Below, one piece after another: positions 1 to 22,906 of a DNA stretch of 64,000 nucleotides. The stretch's first letter is position 1. Every line of letters starts with the position of its first letter. Both the position numbers and the translations under genes were made by a program. Source of the stretch: Eledone cirrhosa (taxonomy: Eukaryota); contig OZ024749.1 of NCBI GenBank assembly GCA_964016885.1, positions 28,334,001 to 28,398,000 of the forward strand, in the 5' to 3' direction. The notes beneath the pieces were generated by a model, which was not told the origin of the DNA, made no database searches, and worked only from the letters and a program-made list of their open reading frames with translations.

Positions 1-174
1 CTGCTTTTGATTTCCCCTGGGTAATAGAATCAGTTAAAACATCTTTCTATATATTTAACAGCTAACACTATGTCCTTGATATAGTTAGAAAGAAAGGACC
101 TCGGTCGGTTTCAACGAGGAGTTTGCCAGTTATTCGAATCAACGGAAACGGAACAGCCTCCTCTTCTTACTCCT

Positions 175-424
175 GAAATTAACATCTAAACGGCTGAGCA
201 TTCTACAAACACGCGTACCCTTAACGTAATTAATTCTCAGGGAGATTCGGCAGGATACAATGTGTGACAAAGCTGTCTCCTTGAATTACAGGTACAATCC
301 ATTTTGTATTATAGTATATTTGGTTGAATATTCCACAAACAAATGTACCTTTAACGTACTTAGTTTCAGGGAGATTCGGTGTGGCACAGTGTGTGACAAG
401 GCTGACCTTTGAATTACATATACA
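175..424. repeat. Two diverged adjacent copies of a ~110-130 bp interspersed-repeat (SINE-like) segment
   Basis: The block 'cattctacaaacacgcgtacccttaacgta...cagggagattcgg...tgtgtgacaaagctg...ttgaattacaggtaca' (~199-296) recurs at ~329-424 with substitutions. It resembles a common octopus repeat (from recall, not searched). Confidence 0.55.
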
Positions 425-436
425 GTAGTCTATCTA

Positions 437-590
437 ATGGGCTTCCAAACAGTTTCTGCCTACCCAATTTCTCTCAAAGTATAGGTTAACCATAAGTTAT
501 GGTAAATGATACTTGTCCAAGATCCTATGTAGTGAGGTTGAACATGAGACCTAATCATTGTCAGAACTCCTTAACCATGCAGCCAAGCTG
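437..590 (-). mobile_element. Degenerate tRNA-derived SINE (family 2), with a further decayed copy at ~765-895
   Basis: Aligns by eye with 35628-35781 ('cagtttc..ctacc.aatt..ctca...gttat.gta.a.ga.a.tt...caa...ttaac.....cagcca'). The minus strand begins with an A-box-like 'tggctgcatggttaag' followed by a B-box-like 'gttcaa'. Confidence 0.55.
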
Positions 591-1608
591 CACCCACATT
601 GTTATGATAAAATATAAATAATTAGAACATTATTTTTTTTACTGGGAGTCCGAAATTAGTGGGAGAGAGGAGGAAAGTTATCCTTAATCAGGAGACCTGC
701 TACGGATACTTACAAAATAAAGGACTCTGTTAAAGTCATCCAAGGGCCAAGTGGTGGTGTGAAACCCAATTTCAATCACAAGGCCTGGGTCTACTCAGAA
801 CTATGATAAATGACACTTGAAACAAGAGGTCATGTTTTGGGGTCGATTGAACCTGTGACTTTAATGATTACAAAACAAACTTCTTAACCATGATGTGTCC
901 TCTTACAACAGTTATGGTCATAAGGTTGGGCTCATTTTAAAGAGAGAGGGAGAACAAAAACAGAAACATTCGAGAAATCGGATCTAAGAACGGAGGTTGT
1001 CTAAAATCTTCAACGTCCCATCACACGAATGGTTTTTAGATATTCTTTATCCTTGGCTTCCACCCTATTTTCTCTCTCCCTATTCCATTCTCATCTCTCT
1101 CCCCTCTCCCCCACTCACTCTCCTCTTTCTCCCCTTCTCCACTCCCCTCTCTCATTCTTCATTATCCTCTTTCACCATCTTCTCCTAGTCTCCCTTCTCC
1201 CTTCACTCTTCTTTTGGCCTTCCTCTACCCTATATTCTATTTCTTCCTATCTATCCCCTTACATGGGTATTTATGTAACTAATCCACCCTTAAGTGAATT
1301 GCTTCACTGATTTCTGAATTTTTAAACCATTACCCTCGTTTTGTTATCTACCGTCTTCCCAACAAAATATCACAAGAAAAAAAAGGTTCGTTATTTTTGG
1401 AAAAACAAACAAACTAACAAACTTTGAAATTACATATTTCAAGAAATAAATAAGTAAATAAAATTCTACCAAAGATTGTCGAAGGGGTATTTATTAAACT
1501 TTGAGGTTTTGACCTAAATCAGATTGTTGCTACTGTTGATTCAGCCGATATATTGCCAAAATGGCAGAATAGCCCGAGTTAGATGTAAGTCTGTTTGTTT
1601 CGTTCAGT

Positions 1609-4600
1609 GTCTATTGTGGAAGACATTGTGGTGGGACAGTGTTTATTGTGGGAGACAAGACAGTGTTTTTTGTGGGACGCAAGACAGTGTTTTTTGTGGG
1701 ACGCAAGACAGTGTTTATTGTGGGACGCAAGACAGTGTTTATTGTGGGACGCAAGACAGTGTTTATTGTGGGACGCAAGACAGTGTTTATTGTGGGACGC
1801 AAGACAGTGTTTATTGTGGGACGCAAGACAGTGTTTATTGTGGGACGCAAGACAGTGTTTATTGTGGGACGCAAGACAGTGTTTTTTGTGGGACGCAAGA
1901 CAGTGTTTATTGTGGGACGCAAGACAGTGTTTATTGTGGGACGCAAGACAGTGTTTACTGTGGGACGCAAGACAGTGTTTACTGTGGGACGTAACACTTT
2001 ACTGTGGGACGTAACACTTTACTGTGGGACACAAGACAGTGTTTACTGTGGGAGGTAACACTTTACTGTGGGATACAAGACAGTGTTTACTGTGGGAGGT
2101 AACACTTTACTGTGGGACACAAGACAGTGTTTACTGTGGGAGGTAACACTTTACTGTGGGACACAAGACAGTGTTTACTGTGGGAGGTAACACTTTACTG
2201 TGGGACACAAGACAGTGTTTACTGTGGGAGGTAACACTTTACTGTGGGACACAAGACAGTGTTTACTGTGGGAGGTAACACTTTACTGTGGGACACAAGA
2301 CAGTGTTTACTGTGGGAGGTAACACTTTACTGTGGGACACAAGACAGTGTTTACTGTGGGAGGTAACACTTTACTGTGGGACACAAGACAGTGTTTACTG
2401 TGGGAGGTAACACTTTACTGTGGGACACAAGACAGTGTTTACTGTGGGACGTAACAGTTTTACTGTGGGACACAAGACAGTGTTTACTGTGGGAGGTAAC
2501 ACTTTACTGTGGGACACAAGACAGTGTTTACTGTGGGAGGTAACACTTTACTGTGGGACACAAGACAGTGTTTACTGTGGGAGGTAACACTTTACTGTGG
2601 GACACAAGACAGTGTTTACTGTGGGACGTAACAGTTTACTGTGGGACACAAGACAGTGTTTACTGTGGGAGGTAACACTTTACTGTGGGACACAAGACAG
2701 TGTTTACTGTGGGGGGTAACACTTTACTGTGGGACACAAGACAGTGTTTACTGTGGGAGGTAACACTTAACTGTGGGACACAAGACAGTGCTTACTGTGG
2801 GACGTAACAGTTTACTGTGGGACACAAGACAGTGTTTACTGTGGGAGGTAACAGTTTACTGTGGGACACAAGACAGTGTTTACTGTGGGAGGTAACACTT
2901 TACTGTGGGACACAAGACAGTGTTTACTGTGGGAGGTAACACTTTACTGTGGGACACAAGACAGTGTTTACTGTGGGACGTAACAGTTTACTGTGGGACA
3001 CAAGACAGTGTTTACTGTGGGAGGTAACACTTTACTGTGGGACACAAGACAGTGTTTACTGTGGGACGTAACAGTTTACTGTGGGACACAAGACAGTGTT
3101 TACTGTGGGAGGTAACACTTTACTGTGGGACACAAGACAGTGTTTACTGTGGGAGGTAACACTTTACTGTGGGACACAAGACAGTGTTTACTGTGGGACG
3201 TAACAGTTTACTGTGGGACACAAGACAGTGTTTACTGTGGGAGGTAACACTTTACTGTGGGACACAAGACAGTGTTTACTGTGGGAGGTAACACTTTACT
3301 GTGGGACACAAGACAGTGTTTACTGTGGGAGGTAACACTTTACTGTGGGACACAAGACAGTGTTTACTGTGGGACGTAACAGTTTACTGTGGGACACAAG
3401 ACAGTGTTTACTGTGGGAGGTAACACTTTACTGTGGGACACAAGACAGTGTTTACTGTGGGAGGTAACACTTTACTGTGGGACACAAGACAGTGTTTACT
3501 GTGGGACGTAACAGTTTACTGCGGGACACAAGACAGTGTTTACTGTGGGAGGTAACACTTTACTGTGGGACACAAGACAGTGTTTACTGTGGGAGGTAAC
3601 ACTTTACTGTGGGACACAAGACAGTGTTTACTGTGGGAGGTAACACTTTACTGTGGGACACAAGACAGTGTTTACTGTGGGACGTAACAGTTTACTGTGG
3701 GACACAAGACAGTGTTTACTGTGGGAGGTAACACTTTACTGTGGGACACAAGACAGTGTTTACTGTGGGAGGTAACACTTTACTGTGGGACACAAGACAG
3801 TGTTTACTGTGGGAGGTAACACTTTACTGTGGGACACAAGACAGTGTTTACTGTGGGAGGTAACACTTTACTGTGGGACACAAGACAGTGTTTACTGTGG
3901 GACGTAACAGTTTACTGTGGGACACAAGACAGTGTTTACTGTGGGAGGTAACACTTTACTGTGGGACACAAGACAGTGTTTACTGTGGGAGGTAACACTT
4001 TACTGTGGGACACAAGACAGTGTTTACTGTGGGAGGTAACACTTTACTGTGGGACACAAGACAGTGTTTACTGTGGGACGTAACAGTTTACTGTGGGACA
4101 CAAGACAGTGTTTACTGTGGGAGGTAACACTTTACTGTGGGACACAAGACAGTGTTTACTGTGGGAGGTAACACTTTACTGTGGGACACAAGACAGTGTT
4201 TACTGTGGGACGTAACAGTTTACTGCAGGACACAAGACAGTGTTTACTGTGGGAGGTAACACTTTACTGTGGGACACAAGACAGTGTTTACTGTGGGAGG
4301 TAACACTTTACTGTGAGACACAAGACAGTGTTTACTGTGGGAGGTAACACTTTACTGTGGGACACAAGACAGTGTTTACTGTGGGACGTAAACAGTTTAC
4401 TGTGGGACACAAGACAGTGTTTACTGTGGGAGGTAACACTTTACTGTGGGACACAAGACAGTGTTTACTGTGGGAGGGTAACACTTTACTGTGGGACACA
4501 AGACAGTGTTTACTGTGGGAGGTAACACTTTACTGTGGGACACAAGACAGGTGTTTACTGTGGGAGGGTAACACTTTACTGTGGGCAACAAGACAGTGTT

Positions 4601-4655
4601 TACTGTGGGACGTAACAGTTTACTGTGGGACACAAGACAATGTTTATTGTGGGTC
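1609..4655. repeat. Minisatellite: 24-bp unit (to ~1990) switching to a 44-bp (24+20) dimeric unit, about 60 dimers
   Basis: The first unit is TGTGGGACGCAAGACAGTGTTTAT. It becomes TGTGGGACACAAGACAGTGTTTAC plus TGTGGGAGGTAACACTTTAC (variant TGTGGGACGTAACAGTTTAC). The 44-bp period is read directly, e.g. 2047 to 2091. Confidence 0.97.
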
Positions 4656-4708
4656 AAAAGATTTTCTACAGTATTTGTAATACTAACGCGCCCTCTCTCT
4701 CTCTCTCC

Positions 4709-14825
<10,117 letters not shown>

Positions 14826-15462
14826 ATGGTGGCTGCCAACTCGTTTTCGAGTACGGCCACTACTTTACATCCATGTAGGATAACCCCTACCGAAGCGCTG
14901 AACGAGTGTGACTTTTTAATCCAGCCAGCGACTTGAAACCTCTGGTACAAACACTACACCTGTGACAATTATTGACACATAGTGCTAGGCCCATGGTAGG
15001 ACAATTATTGACACATAGTGCTGGGCCCATGTGAGGACAAGTGCAGAGAGATCTCCAGATATAAAGCAATGCCTGTGCCGTGAAGCTTTTATAGTGAGCA
15101 AAGGCACTGCACAAAGCCAGTCCCACTCTCTTAACCAAGATGCTATTTACCAAAAAGAAGAACAAGTCAACATCATTGGATACCATCAGGGTTGCAGGTG
15201 TTATATCAGAGTTTTCCTTCTCCTAGAATTCTGCCTTGACTAAGGCTAAAGGGGTCATCTCTCCCGGTGATTTTGGATGGCCATTGACTCTTAAGAGCTC
15301 CTTTGCCCTTTGACAGGTTTTGTTTTTAGTCCTGCAGGATGTCCAAAGTCACCCTCCTCACCAAGAAACCTTGGTGGGGTTGCCAGTTTAGTCGCCAACG
15401 ACCCGACCATGAGACAGGTTGTACTGGGATACATGTTACCAGTAGCACCAACTGGTGACCTG

Positions 15463-15463
<1 letters not shown>
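14826..15463 (-). mobile_element. Non-autonomous bipartite RTE-derived retroelement, copy 1
   Basis: 15066-15275 is similar to the RTE 5'UTR at 22598-22828. The 3' part encodes [22 protein letters not shown], matching the last RTE zinc finger. It ends in 'tggccgtactcgaaaacgagttggcagccaccat', like the RTE terminus at 18488-18518. This copy has an internal ~35-bp duplication. Confidence 0.9.
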
Positions 15464-15497
<34 letters not shown>

Positions 15498-15857
15498 TAC
15501 ATATATACATACATATATACATATATATATACATACATATACATACATATACATACATACATACATATATATACACATATATATACACATATATACACAT
15601 GTATATACATACACATATATACACATATATATACATATATATACACATATATACACACATATACACATATATATACACATATATACACATATATATACAC
15701 ATATATACACATATATATATACACATATATATATATATACATATATATATACATATACATATACATATATACATATACATATACATATATATATACATAT
15801 ACACATATACATATATATATATCTACATATATATATACACATATATATATACATATA

Positions 15858-16630
15858 ACTTTGAACTTTGAATAACTTTGAAATGTTTTGGCCAGTATTG
15901 GCCCAGGCCATGTCTAACTTAATAGCACCACCTGGCGAAGTCTTTCGATTCAGGATTTGGGCACCATGGCCCATTCGAGAAGAGAATTACTGTTTGCGGA
16001 GACATATCCGGGTGTGGGTGGTTTGTCCGGGATTACTTGGAGGAATTTGTCCAAAGACTTCTTGAATTTTGTGTGGTCAGTTTCTGTTTTGACGTGTCCT
16101 GGTGTGATGTTGAAGAGAGCAGGGCCGATTGAGGTGAAATAATTGTGCCGTATTGTTGTTATGAGTTGCGATTTAGATTTTTGAATGGGACGGATAGCAC
16201 GGGGCCCAAGCCTTGGGTGTATCTTGAAGGCGATGCCAACATCATTTGGGCAGTGATGATGGAACATTTTCCACATCATGCAGATAATATAACGCTCACG
16301 GCGACGTTGGAGCGAGTAAAGTTTCAGGTTTTCCAATCGACCCCAGTAGTCAAGGTCTGACATGCCATCTATCTTTTTCGTGATTGCCCTTTGAGGAGCT
16401 TCAAGTTTCATGATACTTTGTTTCGTGTGGGGAGACCACAGTGGACAACAGTATTCAAGGTGTGGTCGGGCGAAAGTAGAGAAGAGAAGGATAATGGTGC
16501 GGGAATCTCTCGACTGGAAGGTTCTGAGGATCCAGGAACACATTCTGCGGGCCATGTCAACTTTGCTGCTTATATGCGTGGTCCAGCTTATGTTGCTGTC
16601 CACGGTTACTCCCAAGTCTCTGATGTTGTT
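15858..16630 (-). mobile_element. 5'-truncated CR1-like LINE (RT C-terminal/thumb region, 3'UTR, TTCAAAG-type tail)
   Basis: Uninterrupted frame 15950-16630: [18 protein letters not shown]...[13 protein letters not shown]...[11 protein letters not shown]...[12 protein letters not shown]...FKKSLDKFL. The minus-strand tail reads ttcaaagttattcaaagttcaaag. Confidence 0.88.
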
Positions 16631-18476
<1,846 letters not shown>

Positions 18477-18548
18477 AATAATAATAATGGCTGCCCCCTC
18501 GTTATCGAGTATGGCCATTGCACAAGAAAAAAAAAAAAAATAATAATA

Positions 18549-18640
18549 ATAATTGTTTCTACTATTGGCACAAGGCCAGAAAATTACCCAGTACATTACT
18601 GGTACTTTATTTTATCGACCCCGTAAGGATGAAAGACAAT
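18549..18640 (-). mobile_element. 3' half of tRNA-derived SINE (family 1), lying inside the RTE 3' region
   Basis: Closely matches 24752-24836 and the reverse complement of 30641-30727 ('...tttcatccttacggggtcgataaaataaagtaccagtaatg...ctggccttgtgcc...agtagaaacaatt'). Confidence 0.85.
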
Positions 18641-18675
18641 AATAAATAAATTAAAAAAAAAAAAAAAAAAGGAAA

Positions 18676-18742
<67 letters not shown>

Positions 18743-18945
18743 CATACATACATATATACACACACACATACATACATATACACACACACACATATACACA
18801 TACATTAATAACAATAATAATAATAATAATAATAGCAATAATGATAATAACGACAACAACAATAATAATATACATATTCATATATATATACACACACACG
18901 CACGCACATAAGCATATCTACACACACACACACACACGATAGCAA

Positions 18946-21900
18946 CTAACAGTGCTGCGATCGAATGTGGCTTTTTAGCCCAGCCAATGATCCAAAATGT
19001 CTTGCACAGAGTCGGCAACCAAAACATTTACTGGGAATAGTCGGCTGTGGTTGGAGTTCGTGAACTTTTGCATGTCGCTTGAGCCCTCCTGCTGATTTAC
19101 ATTCTCTACCACATGTTTGGCAAGCATGATGAGTAGCATCTCCAACAGCAGCCTGGTAGTCAACCACTGGTCTTACTTTATGACTGCGAAGATGACTTTC
19201 GTGTCCAGCTTTGCTTAGGCAGAGTCTCGCACAGACGCTGCATGTCAGAAACATAGGAGGACCCTCGCCGTCTGGAAGTGCAACAGCAATACCCTTCCTC
19301 ACGTCCCGCTTTACTTTCTCGTGTGCGATTCGAGATGCCTCAAAGGCAACTTTTCCCTCATATACAGTCTTTCTCCATTTATTACGATCAGCAGCAACAT
19401 TTTCCCATGTATCAGCAGAGATGTTAGCGTCTCTCAGAGAGGCCTTCAAGGAATCCTTATACCTCTTTTTTGGTTTATGTGGCGGTCGTTTTCCTTTAAC
19501 CAACTCTCCATAGAAGAGTTGTTTTGGTATTCTAGAATCCTTCATCCTGGCAAGGTGACCACTCCAACGGAGTCGCTGCTTAAGCACAAGAGCTTCTATA
19601 CTGTCACACATAGAGCTTTCCAAAATCTCGACATCACTGATGTGGTCCCTCCAGCGAACGCCATGTATCCGTCTGAGACACATCTGATGGAAACGCTCCA
19701 ATTGCTTAAGGTGGCGTCGATATGTGACCCAGGTCTCGCAGGCATAAAGAAGACAAGAGAGTACACATGCCCTGTACACCTTTACCTTTGTCCTCCTGCA
19801 TATGTCTCGCCGACCCCAGAGTCGCCTTTCTAGCTTTCCGAAAGCATCACTTGCTTTCCTAATCCTAAGTGAGATTTCACTGTCAAGGTTGCCGTATCGA
19901 TTGACAGTGCTTCCCAGGTAGACAAACTGATCAACCACTCCAAGTCGTTTGCCATACACATAGATGTTTGGTTCAGTGTACTGCCTACCAGGTGCAGGTT
20001 GGTACATGACGACGGTTTTCTTGAGACTGACAGTCAAACCCAGGGCAGTGCAAGCGTCAGAAAATACATTCAAAATGTGCTGCATATCACTCTCTGTGTG
20101 CGCTACAAGATCGCAATCATCTGCATACAAGAGGTCTCTTATGACTGATGTAAATACTTTTGTCTTCGCAGCAAAGCGCCTGATGTTAAATATGCTGCCT
20201 GAGGTTCGATATCGGATGTAAACACCATGCTCGCAATTCCTGAATGCAATACAGAAAACCATTGCAAAGTATATGGCAAACAGGGTCGGTGCTGGAATAT
20301 CCCCCTGTTTCACTCCATTTTTTACTGAGATAGGCTCCGACATGTTACCTCCGACATTAACCCAAGCCTTCATGTCGTCATGGAAAGACCTAACTAAAGC
20401 AAGGAACTTATCAGGGCAACCAAGTTTCTGGAGAACCTTCCATAATGCATCTCTGTTGACAGTATCGAAAGCCTTTGTCAGATCGACAAAAACCTGATAC
20501 AGATCCAAGCCCTGTTCAATGCACTTCTCCTGGAGCTGTCTAGCTGAGAAGATCATATCAGTAGTGCCGCGTCCAACACGAAAACCAGATTGACTTTCAG
20601 GAAGGACACAATCTGCAATGTGTGTCAGCAGACGGTCCAGAAGCACCCTACATAAAACTTTCCCCACGACAGAAAGCAATGATATACCTCTGTAGTTCCC
20701 ACAATCATTCCTGTTACCCTTTCCCTTGTACAAGACCACCATTACTGCATCTCTCCAGTCCTCAGGCACGGATTCATTAGCCCATATCCTTCCAAACAGA
20801 GAGTGAAGATGTTGCAGGAGTCTCTCACCACCATATTGTAGGAGCTCAGCATGTATGCCATCCATACCTGGAGATCTTCCACTGTTCAGCTTCGAAATAG
20901 CCACTGCAACCTCCACAAGTGTCGGAGGCTCTGCGAGAGCTACTTTCACAGGACTTTCCGGAATGAGATTGAGGAAATCTTCACTGACGACAGACGGCTG
21001 ATTCAAAAGATCATCAAAGTGCTCTCGCCACCTTCGTAGAATTCCCTGTGAGTCACGAAGAAGTTCTTTGCCATCCCTGCTGCGAATCGGTGTCACCAGA
21101 GAAGAAGACGGTCCATAAACCTCACGCAAGAGACTGTACAACAGCTTTGTGTTATTGCAATCAGACGCAGTTTGTATCTCACCAGCCTTCTCACTCCACC
21201 ACTGATCCTTCATCTGAGAAAGACTCCGCCTAACACGTGATTTTACATCCCTGAGCTCCTCATGCAACGTATTCCTCTCCTGTGGTCTTGCCGTCAAGTA
21301 GCGTGACAGAGCGCGCCTCTTATCAGCCAACAAGTCATCTATATGCACATCTTTCTCATTAAACCAGTCCTGATGTTTTCTCTGCACCAATCCCAGAACA
21401 CGTCTGCCTACATCGTAAACCGACTTTTTAAGGGTCGGCCAATCCTCACCAAGATCTGCAGCCTGCATCTCTTCTTCCAATGTCCTCTTCACATTTTTAT
21501 CCTTAAGACGAGCAGCATTCAATCTTTTGGGCAGGGTAACACCAGGAGCCCGGATTTTACGTTTGGTGATTAGATTCACTTTTGCGCGTACCAGGCGGTG
21601 GTCCGTCCAGCACTCAGCTCCACGAAGAACACGAACACACCGCACATCCTGTCTGTCACGCATCCTGACTAGGACGTAGTCCAAAAGATGCCATTCCTTA
21701 GATGCAGGATGCATCCATGTGGTCTTGAATTTGTTCTTTTGTTGGAACATGGTGCTGGTAACACACAGATCCAGCTCCTCACACATCTGCAGCAAGAGCA
21801 TACCATTGCTGTTACACTTTCCCACCCCATGCCTTCCGATTACATTCCATGTGTTAAAATCCCTACCCACTCTAGCATTAAAGTCACCAAGCACGATGAC

Positions 21901-22491
21901 TTTGTCTGCCTGAGGGATATTTCTTAAAACACCTTTCAAGGCATGGTAAAAGGACAGTTTTTCTTCATCGACAGAATTCATAGTTGGAGCATACACACTC
22001 ACCAGGGTAGCATATCTTCCCTTGTCCAGCGGAACTCTCATGGACATAAGACGCTCACTAATCCCCACTGGGAATTCTTCTAATTTATTCACCAGTACAG
22101 TCTTAACAGCAAATCCTACCCCAGCCTCTCTTCTGGTTCCTTCATCTCTTCCTTTCCAGAAGAATGTATATTCTCCACAAAATTCCGTAAGATGACCATC
22201 TCCAGCTAACCTCGTCTCAGACAAAGCCACGATGTCAAGATCGTAACGTCGAAGCTCCTTCGCAACAAGAGCGGTCCTTCGTTCAGGACGCTCCAAAGAA
22301 TCCCTGTCAAGCAGCGTCCGTACGTTCCAGCAGCCAAGACTAAATGCCCTGTTTGGCTCTATTACAATGGCACGATGACGGGCGGGCCCAGGTTGTGATA
22401 ACTTGGGGCCCCTGCCCTTATTGCCAATGATCTTTTTTGTTCCAGAACCCAAATTGGCAATTATCTCGTTTACATTGTTCTGGAACATCAT
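18946..22491 (-). CDS. RTE-clade LINE polyprotein: APE-type endonuclease, reverse transcriptase and three C-terminal C2H2 zinc fingers (1181 aa, intact)
   Basis: EN motifs: WNVRTL, DIVALSETRL, YAPT, GDFNARVG, DYVL, TDHRLV. RT motifs: YRGISLLS, QSGFR, FVDLTKAFDTV, GVKQGD, LLYADD. RTE-type LRWSGHLARM. Fingers: CSVC..HLRSH, CQTC..HAKVH, CRLC..HIRSQH. Confidence 0.97.
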   Translation of the reverse strand: MMFQNNVNEIIANLGSGTKKIIGNKGRGPKLSQPGPARHRAIVIEPNRAFSLGCWNVRTLLDRDSLERPERRTALVAKELRRYDLDIVALSETRLAGDGHLTEFCGEYTFFWKGRDEGTRREAGVGFAVKTVLVNKLEEFPVGISERLMSMRVPLDKGRYATLVSVYAPTMNSVDEEKLSFYHALKGVLRNIPQADKVIVLGDFNARVGRDFNTWNVIGRHGVGKCNSNGMLLLQMCEELDLCVTSTMFQQKNKFKTTWMHPASKEWHLLDYVLVRMRDRQDVRCVRVLRGAECWTDHRLVRAKVNLITKRKIRAPGVTLPKRLNAARLKDKNVKRTLEEEMQAADLGEDWPTLKKSVYDVGRRVLGLVQRKHQDWFNEKDVHIDDLLADKRRALSRYLTARPQERNTLHEELRDVKSRVRRSLSQMKDQWWSEKAGEIQTASDCNNTKLLYSLLREVYGPSSSLVTPIRSRDGKELLRDSQGILRRWREHFDDLLNQPSVVSEDFLNLIPESPVKVALAEPPTLVEVAVAISKLNSGRSPGMDGIHAELLQYGGERLLQHLHSLFGRIWANESVPEDWRDAVMVVLYKGKGNRNDCGNYRGISLLSVVGKVLCRVLLDRLLTHIADCVLPESQSGFRVGRGTTDMIFSARQLQEKCIEQGLDLYQVFVDLTKAFDTVNRDALWKVLQKLGCPDKFLALVRSFHDDMKAWVNVGGNMSEPISVKNGVKQGDIPAPTLFAIYFAMVFCIAFRNCEHGVYIRYRTSGSIFNIRRFAAKTKVFTSVIRDLLYADDCDLVAHTESDMQHILNVFSDACTALGLTVSLKKTVVMYQPAPGRQYTEPNIYVYGKRLGVVDQFVYLGSTVNRYGNLDSEISLRIRKASDAFGKLERRLWGRRDICRRTKVKVYRACVLSCLLYACETWVTYRRHLKQLERFHQMCLRRIHGVRWRDHISDVEILESSMCDSIEALVLKQRLRWSGHLARMKDSRIPKQLFYGELVKGKRPPHKPKKRYKDSLKASLRDANISADTWENVAADRNKWRKTVYEGKVAFEASRIAHEKVKRDVRKGIAVALPDGEGPPMFLTCSVCARLCLSKAGHESHLRSHKVRPVVDYQAAVGDATHHACQTCGRECKSAGGLKRHAKVHELQPQPTIPSKCFGCRLCARHFGSLAGLKSHIRSQHC

Positions 22492-22534
22492 TGAATTGGG
22501 AAAAAAAAAAAAAAAAAAAAAAAAAGTAATAATA

Positions 22535-22569
<35 letters not shown>

Positions 22570-22870
22570 ACACTATTAATAATTATTAATGCACTCGTGC
22601 AATGCCTGTGCGTGACGAATATTTTTAAAGTGAGGAAAGACTGTGCACTGAACCAATCCCACTCTCTGAGCGACAGTAGCTATAACCCGAAAAGAAGAAA
22701 AGATCAACATCATCGGTAACTACTGAGCCGCAGGTTTTATATCGGAGTTAACCCAGTTTCCTGAGATGCCTTCTCCTAGAAGAATACCCTGACATGGGCT
22801 AGGGGTTCTTCACTCCCAGTGGTTTAACTGCGCGATCGGGCATCCAGCCCGATTATTTCTATGTCCCCGC

Positions 22871-22906
<36 letters not shown>

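Noticed and set aside
997-1310. Ser/Leu/Pro/Phe-rich ORFs
   Set aside because: These are translations of a pyrimidine-rich low-complexity tract.
1524-2058. ORFs with CGTQDSVY / CLLWDARQ octapeptide repeats
   Set aside because: These are translations of the 24-bp minisatellite, open in several frames at once and lost when the period changes to 44 bp.
1609-4655. CRISPR-like appearance of the regular array (also 37855-40650)
   Set aside because: There are no unique spacers and no cas genes, and the context is eukaryotic. These are plain tandem repeats.
14887-15186. 99-aa ORF with a zinc finger in the bipartite element as a real protein
   Set aside because: The frame is not preserved in copies 2-4 (an extra A in 'ttgaaaactc' shifts it), and most of it derives from 5'UTR-like sequence.
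19211-21927. Short plus-strand ORFs within the RTE
   Set aside because: Antisense shadows of the RTE coding sequence with no independent motifs.
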